NCBI RefSeq assembly: GCF_018350175.1
Contig: NC_058369.1
Span: 27,282,001 to 27,346,000 of the forward strand
Reading direction: 5' to 3'
Origin: Felis catus
Lineage: Eukaryota
DNA length: 64,000 nucleotides
Below are positions 38,055 through 50,030 of this stretch, piece by piece. The translations under genes were made by a program, and so were the position numbers. The notes beneath the pieces were generated by a model that saw nothing but the letters and a program-made list of their open reading frames with translations, was not told the DNA's origin and searched no databases. How positions within the stretch are numbered: the first letter of the stretch is position 1; every line of letters starts with the position of its first letter.

Positions 38055-39799
38055 TAGATGATTTGAAAGAAAATTCCCCTCAGTAGATGTGCCAAGTACA
38101 CACATACAGTTAATATTGGCTGATTTATAGGGTTCATGCAGAACTTCAGAATTAAGGCCCAGAATGTCCTCATGCTGATAAAGTGGAAGTTGCCAAATTG
38201 GATTACAAGGCAAGCAAATCTTACACAAACACCCATCAATAGCTGAACAGTTCTTTAACACTCCTATGCCATTTCATGATAATTCACCACTCTCAACTTC
38301 TCTCTATTACATGGCGAGTTTTCGGCACCAATGCCAAAGTAGGGATGTATTCTCTGGGGTGGGCAGTACTTGTCCAGACTTTCTAAATTAAATTTATTGA
38401 CTGGGTGATACCATGTTATCCATGGCCATTTAAAATGTGTTCTATGACAAAGTAGACAAAACCACCAAATAGGAAATTAACTGGCTTGGTGCCATACCTT
38501 TTCAGAGAAGAATGATTCACTCCTAACACATACATTGTGTCATTGTGAAGGGACTTCATTTCCAACCTCATGGAACATAGACTGCAGGAAAGCATCAAAC
38601 TGTGCCTGCCCATCCCTCTGAGCTCTGTAGTTCCTGAGGTCCTTTACGGCCAAGTTTGATGTCTGGGCCTGTGGGCCCATTGAGTATATGTCTGCTTTGT
38701 CTTTCTGCCCTAGCCATTCACCCTGCTCTGGCTTATAATGGGAATATTGACTGGCCATTGACTGGGCCTGGGCAGGCAGACTTTGCAGTAATTATGAATG
38801 AAAGATGTCAGTGGCAAAGCATCTCATTCCAGATATTTCTACACATAGTCGATATCGGCTTTTGTAAGCGTGACTGAGCTCCAAATGGCTTGCAGTCATA
38901 AGGGAATGACCAATTGAATAGCTATTATTTCATCCAATTGATGCTGTGCTTTTTGTGCAAAGGGAAACAGGAATGCAGAAGCATGCACATTTTACACCAG
39001 CCTGGTTCTTGCTTTCAATAGTTGCTGGAAAATATTAGCTATTTTCCCTAGGAAGCTAGCTCCTGGGGAGAAGCTATATGTCGCAAGTGGAAAACTATGT
39101 TAATTTTCAGCAAATGTTACCAAAGAATAGAATTTTCTACCCCAACTTAATCATTAATGCCTTTATTCCCAACAGAAAGAGGAGTATTTCCTGGAAACTC
39201 TTAAATCCAGCTTCACTAGTAAAACAAAGAGCATGGCTAAGAAAAGTCCAGATTAAAATACAATACCCCATGGGTCTTGTGGAAAATCCATGAATCCAGG
39301 CAAGGACAAAGGACAACAATGAAATCTTCCACCTCCTGACAAGGTTGGGTAATTTGAGATCCAGTCCACTTAAAATATCTTGTTCTTCTCACATTCTAGA
39401 GGCCACTGCATGTCAGAGCCACTTTACATTTTTATGATTATCCAAATATTTACAGAGATTTTTTTCACTTGCTACAATTATCTTGGTAATAAAGCCTTAA
39501 TTATTTTAGCAAATAGTGAAAGCAGTTACTTGGTACCCTTCAAAACAACCTATCCCAACTCCTGTAACGTGCAGACAATGCCAGATTGGTTGAGCAGAGG
39601 TGGGGTGAGATTCACACCCGACAGTTACAAATGCCCCAAGAGCACATAGCTAATAAGCAGCAAAACCAGGAACTGACTTCAGAGCTGACCCCTCTAATCA
39701 CTGTGCTCTATAGTCTCTCTACCATAGGTGTGGAATAGCAGTAAGATGAGTTCATGGTAGTGGCATATAGAAGTGACAATAATGTCAAGGGTAGTGTCA

Positions 39800-40035
39800 G
39801 CCATCATTTTTAAAGTTCTTACTATGAACTAGACATTGAGATACTAAGTGCTTTCATGAATTATCTTTTTCTCAAAACAATCCCATGAGATATATGCTAT
39901 ATTACCACCCCCATTTTGCAGAAGAAGAAACTAAGAATTTCAGAAAATTTAAGAGATTGGCTCAGGGAAGAAATATTAAATGACTGAACTGGAATTTCAA
40001 CCCAAGAGACGTCATTCCTTGTGTCCTAACCACTA
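39800..40035 (-). mobile_element. MIR
   Basis: CTAAGTGCTTTCATG...CCCCATTTTGCAGAAGAAGAAACTAAG. Confidence 0.75.
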
Positions 40036-40642
40036 CTCGTATAGCTTGCTGCCCTAGAGAAAAGAAAGATGTCATGTCTACTAACATCATGGGAGGACCT
40101 AACACTTGGCCACGGGAACATTTCAATCTCAGAATGACACAGACCAATCAGATTTCAGTTCAGCTTTGGTTTGCCTTCTCCCTTCAGGCAAGTGCTGAGA
40201 CCAGGAGCCCTGTGGTCTTGTTAAAAGTGAGCATGGAATTCTTGGGCTCTTCAGACAGAAACATGAACCATGGGAATAAAGAGATGATGACGTACTGAAA
40301 CATGTACTTCTGGCAAGTTACTGTGGTTAGGATCTCAACAATCCTCTGATGTTAGTGTTAAAGCACTATTCCTTCACATGAAGACTCTATAGCTCAAACA
40401 TGCTGGGTAGCACTCACATTTTCTCCACCATGAAAAACAAGGGCCGGATCATGCACAAGTCCGTCTGACTCCAGAGTGTGTGGTCCTGGGGATCAGAACT
40501 CTGGAAAGGTGACAGTATATTTGCAGTCCTCACTCCCATCTTCACATGAACTGGATCCTGCCTGTGTCATTCCATTTGCCTGTAATCAGATTATTCTAGG
40601 GATAAAGAAGGACTTTGTTCTCCCTTGACCATGTACTCCTTT

Positions 40643-40990
40643 AGGATTCTTTAGCAGGGTTGGTACTGCTCCCAAGGGGCCATGTTGGAAGTTTGTGGGG
40701 GCTATTGCAGTGACTGATGTTTGCAATGACTTGCATTCAGTTAGGTGGGGGTCAAGAATGCTAAATGTTCTGAATACCCTGAACAGCCCAGTTTCTGCAG
40801 CACTTCCAAATGTCATTCAAAATTTCATTTAAATAAAAACACCATTTATACCTATTCAAGCCTTGAACTTGACTGCAATTTACATATCAAGTATAAAATA
40901 ATCTCTTCAATGTTCTAGTATATGCTGTATTTTCCAGGAAGGCAGATGCTAGGTAAATGCAAAAACTTATACTTCTTTGTACAAAAATAG
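40643..40990. mobile_element. MER20B-like hAT element fragment
   Basis: GTACTGCTCCCAAGGGGCCATGTTGGAAGTTTGTGGGG...AATGCTAAATGTTCTG...TATTTTCCAGGAA. Confidence 0.6.
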
Positions 40991-41036
40991 CTTTTACCAG
41001 TACCCACTAAGGTTTCCCCAAGCCCTCTATGGGATC

Positions 41037-41584
41037 TGTATTAGTTTTCTCTTGCTGCATAACAAATTATCACAACTTCAAATAACACATATTTATTATC
41101 TCAGAGTTTCTAAAGGTCAGAGATCAGCATAGCTTAGTTAGGAGCTTCAGGGTCTCTCTCAAGTCTGTGATAAATATGTCAGCCAGGGCTGGAGTCTCAT
41201 CCTAAAGCTCCACTGGGGAAGGGGACCCACTTTGAAGCTCACTGAGGTTGTTGACCAAATTTGTACTCCTGATTTGAATAAGGATCTAGGTTCCTTGAGG
41301 GCTGTCAGCCAGAGCCCACCCTCAGTTCCTTCACATGTGGCTGTCTCCTTAGAGCAGCTCACAACATGGCAGCTTACTTTATCCATGCAAATGAGGAGAG
41401 TCTACTGCAATATAGAAGTTATAATCTTAAGTGACCATCATGGAATTGGCATCCCATCACCTTTGCCGTATTTTATTGATTAGCAGCAAGTCCTACCCAG
41501 GACTCTGTGGGAGGGGACTACAAAAGGGTATGAATACCAGCAGGCAAGGGTCTGTGGGGGTTGCCTTAGAGTCTGCCCATCATA
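41037..41584 (-). mobile_element. MLT1F-like MaLR solo LTR
   Basis: TGTATTAGTTTTCTCTTGCTGCATAACAAATTATCACAA start; AAGGGTATGAATACCAGCAGGC...TTAGAGTCTGCCCATCATA end. Confidence 0.8.
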
Positions 41585-42063
41585 AGTGCCCAAGATTGAG
41601 TTCTGTAGCCTTGTACCAATGCTTGAATGTGGAGTGTTGCACACTGTATTTCATCAGAGAGAGGTTTTGGAATAGACCTTGAGTCGCTGCTTTTGGAAGT
41701 GTCTCTACATTTGTTTGGGCCATAAACCCAGGCTCAGAATCTGGCACAATGTTATTTCCCTAATTAAACAGATATACCAGAATTGCATTCTGCAAAGTGG
41801 GCTTTAAGTATGAAGGCTAACTTGGTCAGAGCAGTTCTTAGTGGGGAGGCCTTCCAGTATCCTCCTTGTCATCCCTATTTTTTCTGCTGTTATTTTTCTA
41901 TTCACTGCCTCTTTGAGGTTTTCATCTCAAAATTTTCTGCATCAAGATGATGGTTTGTGTATAAAATGTTCATTTTTAATTACATGGGCTTGGTAATAGG
42001 TGTGTAGTCATGTTGGATCAGCTTTGGGTGCAAAAAATCCTTATTTTCAGCTGATTATATCTT

Positions 42064-42268
42064 TTTCAACGTTTATTTTTTTGGGGACAGAGAGAGACAG
42101 AGCATGAACAGGGGAGGGGCAGAGAGAGAGGGAGACACAGAATCGGAAACAGGCTCCAGGCTCCGAGCCATCAGCCCAGAGCCTGACGCGGGGCTCGAAC
42201 TCACGGACCGCGAGATCGTGACCTGGCTGAAGTCGGACGCCCAACCGACTGCGCCACCCAGGTGCCCC
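42064..42268 (-). mobile_element. Young felid SINEC_Fc-type CanSINE
   Basis: CpG-rich near-consensus body; perfect 17-bp TSD TCAGCTGATTATATCTT at 42047-42063 and 42270-42286. Confidence 0.96.
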
Positions 42269-43064
42269 ATCAGCTGATTATATCTTGAAAGGACTTGCGG
42301 TCCCAGGCACCTGGAAATTGGAATGCATCATTGTTCACTAGATGAACATCAAGGGACAGAAATTGAAGCAGATGGGGGGATGATGGTAGCAGTGATCCTT
42401 AAATCAGGCACAATGAAGGTGGATTGAGTAAAGCATGAGAACTTGGGATTGGAAAGGGAAGTCCAAGTGCCCACCCCCTCACTGATTCATGAGTGGTGAA
42501 GTGATAAGCTGTAGCCAAAGCTACCATAGGTCCTTCCCACAGGGTGGGGTTAAGAAGTAGGCCAATCATAATGCATTAGTGTCTAATGCAATACAGCAGG
42601 CAGGACCAGGTGGAGAAGGCAGACCTTCTCAGGGCAGTGATGAATTAGCCCACGAGTCACAGAAGCTTGTGGGCCCCTTTGGAATCTTGACTCCTACAGT
42701 ATGACTATGTGGCAATGAGAGAGACCCTTATTTCTGAAGCTGCAAGGGTAAAAGGCCTGGGACTCAGATGCTTTTGAGTAGAGATCAGAGCCATTGAGCT
42801 TAGACCTGGAAGAAACTTTTAAAGAGCCCCTATATCTAACACCTTCATTTGACAGATTGGTAAACTCCTATCCAGAGTGGCAACAGACTTACACAAGGAC
42901 TAGAACCAGATGTTTTATGCCCTTTTCACCCTTGCATTTGCCTTTTTAAAGTAGGCATCAAAAAATGCTGGTGTCCACATAGGCTTCATTAACTTGGAAT
43001 GGGAAAAGCAGTTATGTTGGTGTTGGGAATGGGTTTCTGGCCACTTCTCCTGGGGTCATGCATT

Positions 43065-43428
43065 GTATAACTATCCCGTCATATCTTTCAGTGACCACCC
43101 CCCCTAACCCTGCTCTGAGTGAGTGATTTGTACATCTGTGCCCCATTTAGCCCCAGTAATCCACGTGACTTGTTTTGGCCAATGCAGTGCGAGTAAAAGT
43201 GAAGTGTGTTGCTGAGGAGCCAGCTCAAGGTTTGCCACATCTTTTCCTCTGCTATGAGACAGGCAGTGCTCCAGACAGAGGCTGCCTCACAAGTCTGGGT
43301 CCCACAGTGAAGAGGATGTGGGGCAGAGCTATAGCCAGATGGTGATGACAGGCAGTATGAACCACCTTTGTTAGGAGGGTTATTTGGGCTGTCACCACAG
43401 CATGATCTGGCCCATCCTATCAACTCAG
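43065..43428 (+). mobile_element. MLT1I/J-like MaLR LTR
   Basis: CCACGTGACTTGTTTTGGCCAATG, CCAGACAGAGGCTGCCTC, TGTCACCACAGCATGATCTGGCCCATCCT. Confidence 0.7.
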
Positions 43429-43899
43429 TTTGGTGGGTGGACAACACACACATACATGTGTGTTGACTCACCTTTCCCAGGTACCAGGTCTTCCTCCAGA
43501 TTGTCTCCTCTTTGTAGGCCCCACCTCTATGAATAACATTCCCTTACTCATGGAGCTGAAGGTCATACCTGCCTCCTCTCCCTCCACCTTTTTCAACCAG
43601 CTACCAAATGCTGCATTTCCACTTTTTAACTGCCAAGTTGGCTGGTTTTAGTCCTTATTCTTACCCTTCACCCTCCAGTTGGTCTCCAGAGGCAGCAAAT
43701 CCCAGTAGAAGGTTTTTTTAAGTGGTTGCTGCAAGATCAGATTCAATACAACCTACACAGTCCTAGTAATGTCCCTATTTATCTTTCACTGTGTTACTAC
43801 TAGGATCTTCCTCTTCACTCTCATCCAGTTTCTCTTTTTTTTTTGTTTTAATTTATTAGGCTGCCTTTCTCTGTGGAAGCCCTACCTCCCACCTACACT

Positions 43900-44220
43900 G
43901 ATCACCACAAGATCCACTCATGCCTCTCCCTTCTGCTCACCCCCCTTTTATTTGGCTAACTCCTACTCACTCTTTGAACCTCAGCACAGAAGTACATCCT
44001 CTGGGAAGTCTTCCCTGATTGCCAGAGTAGGAGTTGGGTGTGAGTCCTCTGGTTCATGGCGCCCTGTACTTGCCTTATCATTGCTCTTTATGACCCTGTA
44101 GTGTAATTGACATGTGACTGTTCCCCAGTAGACTATATTCTCTGAGAGGTCCTCAACACTTTGCAAAGCTGTATCTATCACATAAGAGATGACCCTTAAA
44201 CATTTGCTCCTGAATGTTGG
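43900..44220 (+). mobile_element. L2 3' fragment
   Basis: TTGGCTAACTCCTACTCA...CCTCTGGGAAGTCTTCCCTGA...CCCCAGTAGACTAT. Confidence 0.6.
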
Positions 44221-45239
44221 GTTTTCATCCTGAAGGTAGAGGAAAATAATGCCCAGACACTGGAATAAAATACTTTATCTTAAAAATAGGCTCTCTTGGA
44301 TACCAAGTCTTTATATTTTGTGTAGGGGAAAGATAAAGCTATTGGAACCAACTATAACTTTCAAAAATACATGGAATGAACTACATGTATTATAAATTAT
44401 GGGTCATAGTTCTATCTGCTTGGAGTGTGCAAAAATCACAAATTTTTTATCAAGAAATAAATATTTAAAAACAAAGCAACCATGAGTGCTGGGGGGACTT
44501 TGGTGAAGAGTGTGAGGTGAGGATTGGGCAGGGGACAAAGAAGAATCTGTTTGGACTTGTGGGTCCAGGAAGATTCATTTAGGGGTGTGTGTGTGTGCGT
44601 GAGAGCAGTGTTTTATGTTTAAAAATACTTCCTCAAGAGATTGTTTACCAGAGAGTCAAACTTTCCCTTCTTGTTCTGTGCTGCAAACACAACCTGATTT
44701 CAGGAAACAGAGTTGGAAGAGATGTTAAGAAATAAGAATCAGTGGAGTCCGTGAAGAGAGCTGGGGTTGCCAGAGCATCCTGCAGACCTGGTGGTTGATG
44801 ATCACATCTGAATGGTTGTGGTTAATATCCTGGGCACATAAACTCAGATTGGGTAATGATCTTGATTTTAGTGCCTCTTACAGGAAGTGATTTCCAGTGC
44901 ATGTGGATGTGCATCCAAACTGTGGGTCTGCTTCTGCTGCCAGAGTGTCCTCCCTTGTAATCAGTCCAGAATGTCAGCCAGCATGGGAACACTGAGCCTG
45001 GATCCCCCACATTCCTCAAGGAGGAGAAGTTGGTGTGTATCTGCCCAGCTCCTCACTCTGAATTATCACAGGCCCTCACAGGTACTGACTATAGGACTCC
45101 ACTTGGGCACAGTGGCCAGATAAAAAGACTGTAAGTACATAAGCTATGTAGGTATAAGGACAGACAAGTGGCTGGCTGGCTGGCTGGCTGTGACTGTGCA
45201 GGGAGATGTACAGGTAGATAAAAAAAAAAAAGACTTTCT

Positions 45240-45438
45240 GGGGCACCTAGTTGGCTCAGTTGGTTGAGTGTCTGACTTGGGCTCAAGTCATGATCTGGTG
45301 GTTCATGGGTTCGAGCCCCACATTGGGCTCTGTGCTAACAGCTCAGAGCCTGGAACCTGCTTCAGATTCTGTGTCTCCCTCCCTCTCTGCCCCTCCCCCA
45401 CTCTCACTCTGTCTCTCAAAAATAAACATTAAAAAATT
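45240..45438 (+). mobile_element. CanSINE
   Basis: GGGGCACCTAGTTGGCTCAG head; TSD AAGACTTTCT on both flanks. Confidence 0.93.
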
Positions 45439-46064
45439 AAGACTTTCTAAGAATCACAATGATGGAAGTATATTATTCTATGACATTTATTTGCAGTTTA
45501 TTAATAGTCAACACAGGAAGCCTAAATAAATATGAGGTTCTGCCAAAGATTTAATTAACCCAACCTTTGAAGCATCTTTGATTTGTATCATTAAAATATT
45601 TTAAATGCATCATTTAGAAGGAGGTATCACAAAGGGGAAGTTGATAAACATAAAACCCCTTTGTCCAGGCATGAGAGAATTTCCCAAGAAACAACAGAGC
45701 TCGTTTCTCCTCTGATAACACAGTTTCTCTCCACTTATAAAAAGACATAAGCAGCATAATGAACAGATTAGGTACAGAATCACCAACAAGGTAATGAACC
45801 TGCTTAAGCAATTAGCCCCCTGTGCTTTCCTCCTGGGAGAAGCAGACCCAGGTGACATCCAGACACAAGGCCAACACCTGAACTGAACTGGATGCTTTGT
45901 TCACAGTACATTGGTAGTTTGGCTGATTTCAAAGCGCATGAGGGAGGTGGTGGATTGGATGTGCTTATTTCCCCCAAATCAGCAATCCTTCCTCCCCATC
46001 TGCAGTGGACGTGCACGTATGTCAGCCACACACACCCTCCCTTTCTTTAAAACACAGCTCTCCT

Positions 46065-46291
46065 GGGGCGCCTGGGTGGCGCAGTCGGTTAAGCGTCCGA
46101 CTTCAGCCAGGTCACGATCTTGCGGTCCGTGAGTTCGAGCCCCGCATCAGGCTCTGGGCTGATGGCTTGGAGCCTGGAGCCTGTTTCCGATTCTGTGTCT
46201 CCCTCTCTCTCTCTGCCCCTCCCCCGTTCATGCTCTGTCTCTCTCTGTCCCAAAAATAAAAATCGTTGAAAAAAAATTTTTTTAAAAATAA
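46065..46291 (+). mobile_element. Young felid SINEC_Fc-type CanSINE
   Basis: GGGGCGCCTGGGTGGCGCAGTCGGTTAAGCGTCCGACTTCAGCCAGGTCACGATC; TSD AAAACACAGCTC(T/C)CCT. Confidence 0.96.
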
Positions 46292-46309
46292 AAAACACAG
46301 CTCCCCTTT

Positions 46310-46793
46310 CTATTGAGGCAGCCCTTTTAATGATTAGAACTTCCTATGTGGTTCTAATAAGGCTGCTAATCATACGACCCAGACTCGAAAGTAGGGCCAA
46401 GAACTAGGTGAGCCAATCATAGTAGAGCCAGGCCCCAAATCAAGCCAATCAGAATTCCCCATCAGGTTTTCTTTTTAAGGGGGGGGTGGTCACCTTTCTT
46501 TTCTAGTAGTAAAGCTAAGAGGGTTGGCAATTTAGGAGAGCAAAACCAACATACAGAAAGGAAGAGAAGTAAGAACCAATCAGAAAAGGGGAAGGGGCCA
46601 GGGTCCAGATGGCATTTCAGTCCCTGAACCACCACCACCCCCAAAACATAATTTCTCTGATTCTTGCCTTCCTGAGACCTGGATGTACAGCATGTCCAGA
46701 GCTGTGAGCCTCTTCCATGTCTCTTCAACAAATAACCATTGTCTTAAGCTAGTTTGATCTAGGTTTGTGTTGCAATGAAATGAGTCCTCAATA
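46310..46793 (+). mobile_element. Old MaLR/ERVL LTR (MLT1K-like)
   Basis: Two AGCCAATCA boxes; 3' end AATAACCATTGTCTTAAGCTAGTTTGATCTAGGTTTGTGTTGCAA...GAGTCCT. Confidence 0.55.
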
Positions 46794-46996
46794 GCTTCTT
46801 TTCTTTCATGCTTCGTTACTGAATACCTGTGTTAGGGTTGAATAATTCCCAAAATTTGCTCTAAAGGATTTCATGCCCTGTGGGAGAGATTCAAAGAGGC
46901 AACAGTGACACAGTTTATTTAGGAATATTATAGTTGTTTCATTGTAAAGACATTTGCCAAAATGTGAAAACTCAGTTTAGGTTGTAATATGATGTA

Positions 46997-47076
46997 ATTT
47001 TTTAAAAAATTTATTTAAATTTTAGTTACCATACAGTGCAATATTGGTTTTAGGAGTAGAATTCAGTGATTCATCA
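46997..47076 (-). mobile_element. Very short 5'-truncated carnivore L1 3' end
   Basis: TTTATTTAAATTTTAGTTACCATACAGTGCAATATTGGTTTTAGGAGTAGAATTCAGTGATTCATCA resembles the antisense L1_Carn terminus; TATGATGTA repeated at 46988 and 47080. Confidence 0.7.
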
Positions 47077-47214
47077 ATGTATGATGTATTTTCCTAGAAT
47101 GATTCTTAGGTTCAGTACTTTCCTTGTGTTATACAGTGTGAATTGCTGTTTAAATTTAAAAAAAAATTAATGATTTTAAAGTTTTCTTGATCAAGTAAGT
47201 ATGGGGGATTTCAA

Positions 47215-47398
47215 GTTAAACAGAAGTGTGCTACAGGACTTTTCAGAGCCTGTGAGGTTAGCACAATTTGGAGCATAAAAGGCAATAATGGAGTATGCAG
47301 ATATTTAGAAAGTTCCATAACCAAAGAATGCATTTTTCTTGGAATGTGTGATTAAATTTCAGAGAACTGGTGTTCTTGGAACACACCTGGGGAACACC
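47215..47398. mobile_element. Charlie4/MER103-like hAT fragment
   Basis: CAGGACTTTTCAGAGCCT...AGTATGCAG...GTGTTCTTGGAACACACCTGGGGAA. Confidence 0.5.
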
Positions 47399-48740
47399 CA
47401 CACTTGATCTTTACTAACTTCTTAATCAGTTTATGTTAAGTTCCAGGCAGAGCTAGGCCAGGAAGAAGTCCTGGATTAATTAAATTTTTTTTATTAATTA
47501 AATCCAAGGCATGTTTCTCTCTCTGCCACCATTGTGGGGTGGGTGCCAGAGCAAATCCTCCTTTTCGTTGCAGTCAGGAAGCATGCTAAGCCCTCAGAAG
47601 GAGTTGCTATGCTACGATTTGAAAAGCTATCTTACTTTCTGGAAGCCTAAGGTAGCATTGCAAAACAGGCAACAAATATCACCTATGTAGGATGTCAGCT
47701 GTATGAACTGTGGGGGCAGTCGGCAAACGTGGTCACTCTTCTTAGCTTTCTTTGAGCCTTAAAAAAGACTACTCATGAAGTTTGCATTTTGATTTTCTCC
47801 TTTTCATCAGACGTACATTTAGAAAAAGCTCCTGTTACAACCAGAGCACATTGCTGGAACAGAATGCTGTGGAGGTTAAATTCCAATGGCCAGCAGAGGA
47901 GCATCCTGTGGGCTCCAAAGTTCAGCTTTGATGCCTGCATAGACACTTGGGAATAGAAATATGGAAAATAAAGCAATTTCTGTGACACCTTGATATATGG
48001 GGCAGAGTATAAGAATGCAGTCTCCACTGTTAAGGAAGAGGGCATCCAAGTTTTCCATTTATATTCTGGTTCAGTGTCTTAGTTTGGTGTATTTTTATGC
48101 TTTTGCTATTTATTGATTTGACCAACGTGAATCACCATTCGGCAAACAGGGCTGCATTAATGCGTTAAAAGCTCATTATGAGGATAATGGACATGAAGTA
48201 AAAAGGAATCAAATGATGTGAGTGTAAAAGGTTTTTCCCTAGACAGCTGAAAATAAATTGAAAACAAATTCAATTAAAATAACATTCAACCTTTTTATTC
48301 CTTCCGTGGTGTGATTCCTCTAAAGGAGGCGCCCAGAGCTAACACACTGCTTCGAAAGGCCGCCCCTCCCACATCTGACAGAGCCGGGCAGGCTTCCACA
48401 AAACGTGCTGACAAAGGGCTCTGTTTTGGAAGCTGCTCTTTGCAGCCATGTGCTCCTGCCTCCCCCAAGATCTCTACATCTGTTGGTCCTGACCCTTTCT
48501 GCTCTCTTCTGGTTAGAACTCCCGGGGACCCTTCCACGCGAGGAAGGGTCCTCCCATCTCTCAACCTTTATATGCCCCACACCCAGATCTTGGCCTGTCC
48601 CAGTCTGAGCCCACACCCACACCCACGCCCACAGGTGCCTCAGCTGCTGCTGGCTTTAAGCCTTCAAAATGTTGTCAAATTAGCTCCTTTCTTTGCTTCT
48701 CTGTTGTGTATCATCCTAGCCATAGACAACCCTTACAAGG

Positions 48741-49212
48741 TGTATTCATTTCCTAGGGCTGCTTTCACAAAGTACCACAAACTGGGTGGCTTAAAACAAC
48801 TGGAAATTTATTGTCTTACAGTTCTGGAAGCTAACAGTCTGAAAAATCATAGCATCAGCAGAGCCGTGCTTCCCCTAGCATCTAGAAGGCAATCTTTCCT
48901 TGCTTCCTCCTGGCTTCGGGTACTTTGCTGGCAGTCTTTGGCGATCCTTGGCTTGCAGCTGCCTCACTCCAGTCTCTGCCTCTGTCATCACATGGTGCTC
49001 TCCCTGTGGGTCTCTGTCTTGGTGTGGCCGCCATTTTATAAGGATACTGGTCATGTTGGATTAGGGGCCCACCCTACTCCAGCATTTCCTCATCTTAACA
49101 AATTACGTCTGCGTTGACCTTATTTCCAAATAAGGTCACTTTCAAAAGTGCTGGAGGTTAGGACTTTGACGTATTTTGGGGGGTAGGTTGGGAGACACAG
49201 TCAACACATAAC
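48741..49212 (-). mobile_element. MLT1C-like MaLR solo LTR
   Basis: TGTATTCATTTCCTAGGGCTGC...AAGTACCACAAACTGGGTGGCTTAAAACAAC; TTATTTCCAAATAAGGTCAC. Confidence 0.88.
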
Positions 49213-49214
49213 TT

Positions 49215-50030
49215 GGAGCTGTAGTTGGCTGGCCTCCCCCCTTGTACCTGTCACTCCTCCAAGGTGGACCTGCACAGCAGCCAGAGACAGTCTTCAGTTT
49301 GAACCTGATCCTGACACTCCTCTCCTTAAAGACCCCGAAAGACTTTGACAGGACCTAAGATAAAAATCTAAGCTGCCTGAGGTGGATGAGGTCCTGTGTG
49401 GCCAGGAACCCTTCCAGCTCTGCTGCCCAAAGCCTTTGCCCGTGGCCCCTTTACTGAAGGCTCTTCCCATCCCACCCCAGTCCACGTTATCCCGCTCTTT
49501 GCCTGGGTTTTGCCTTCCTCCTTTGTCAAAGTACCCCTTGGATGTTGGCTCTTCCAAAAGGCCTTCCCAGATTCCTCCTAAATCATGCCCTGATGCAGCC
49601 TAGTTTTCTCTCTCACTCTCTTACATCTGTAATTATTGAAGTGTTTATATGTTTAATATCTGTCTTACACGGAGGTTGGTGAGCTATGGCCAATGGGCTA
49701 AATTTGGCCCAAGGCCTATTTTTGAAAGACTCTCAAGATAAGAATTATTTTTACAGTGTGAGGATTGGCGGGGGTTGGGGGGAATAGGCAAACAAAAAAT
49801 ATGCTATGGAAACTACACGTGGCCTGCAAAAGCCTCAGATACTTACTCTTGGGATCCTTGTAGAAAGTTTTTTGGTCCCGGGTCTGACCCACTGCCAGCA
49901 CCCTGAGAGCCAGGAACTTGTCTGTTTTATTCACTGCCATATCTAGAAAACCTGTATCTAAGTTCCCGGACACTTCATATGTCCTCCAATAAACGTATGA
50001 TAGAGAAATAAATTATTCAATGGATGGTTG
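49215..50030 (+). mobile_element. L2 3' fragment, split by MER58
   Basis: CACAGCAGCCAGAG...GGAACTTGTCTGTTTTATTCACTGCCATATCTAG...CTCCAATAAAC. Confidence 0.72.
49672..49882. mobile_element. MER58-like hAT-Charlie MITE nested in L2
   Basis: CTATGGCCAATGGGCTAAATTTGGCCC...TGGCCTGCAAAAGCCTCAGATACTTACT; L2 continues on both sides. Confidence 0.75.

Noticed and set aside
42047..46298. Recurring peptides such as GHDLAVREFEPRVRLWADG and SLEPASDSVSPSLSAPP
   Set aside because: Translations of CanSINE copies, not a gene family.
47470..47509. Imperfect AT-rich inverted repeat
   Set aside because: Low complexity with bulges; no supporting context.
48311..49117. Longest ORF in the window (268 aa)
   Set aside because: Non-ATG start; the C-terminal half is an antisense MLT1C LTR translation; no recognisable domain.
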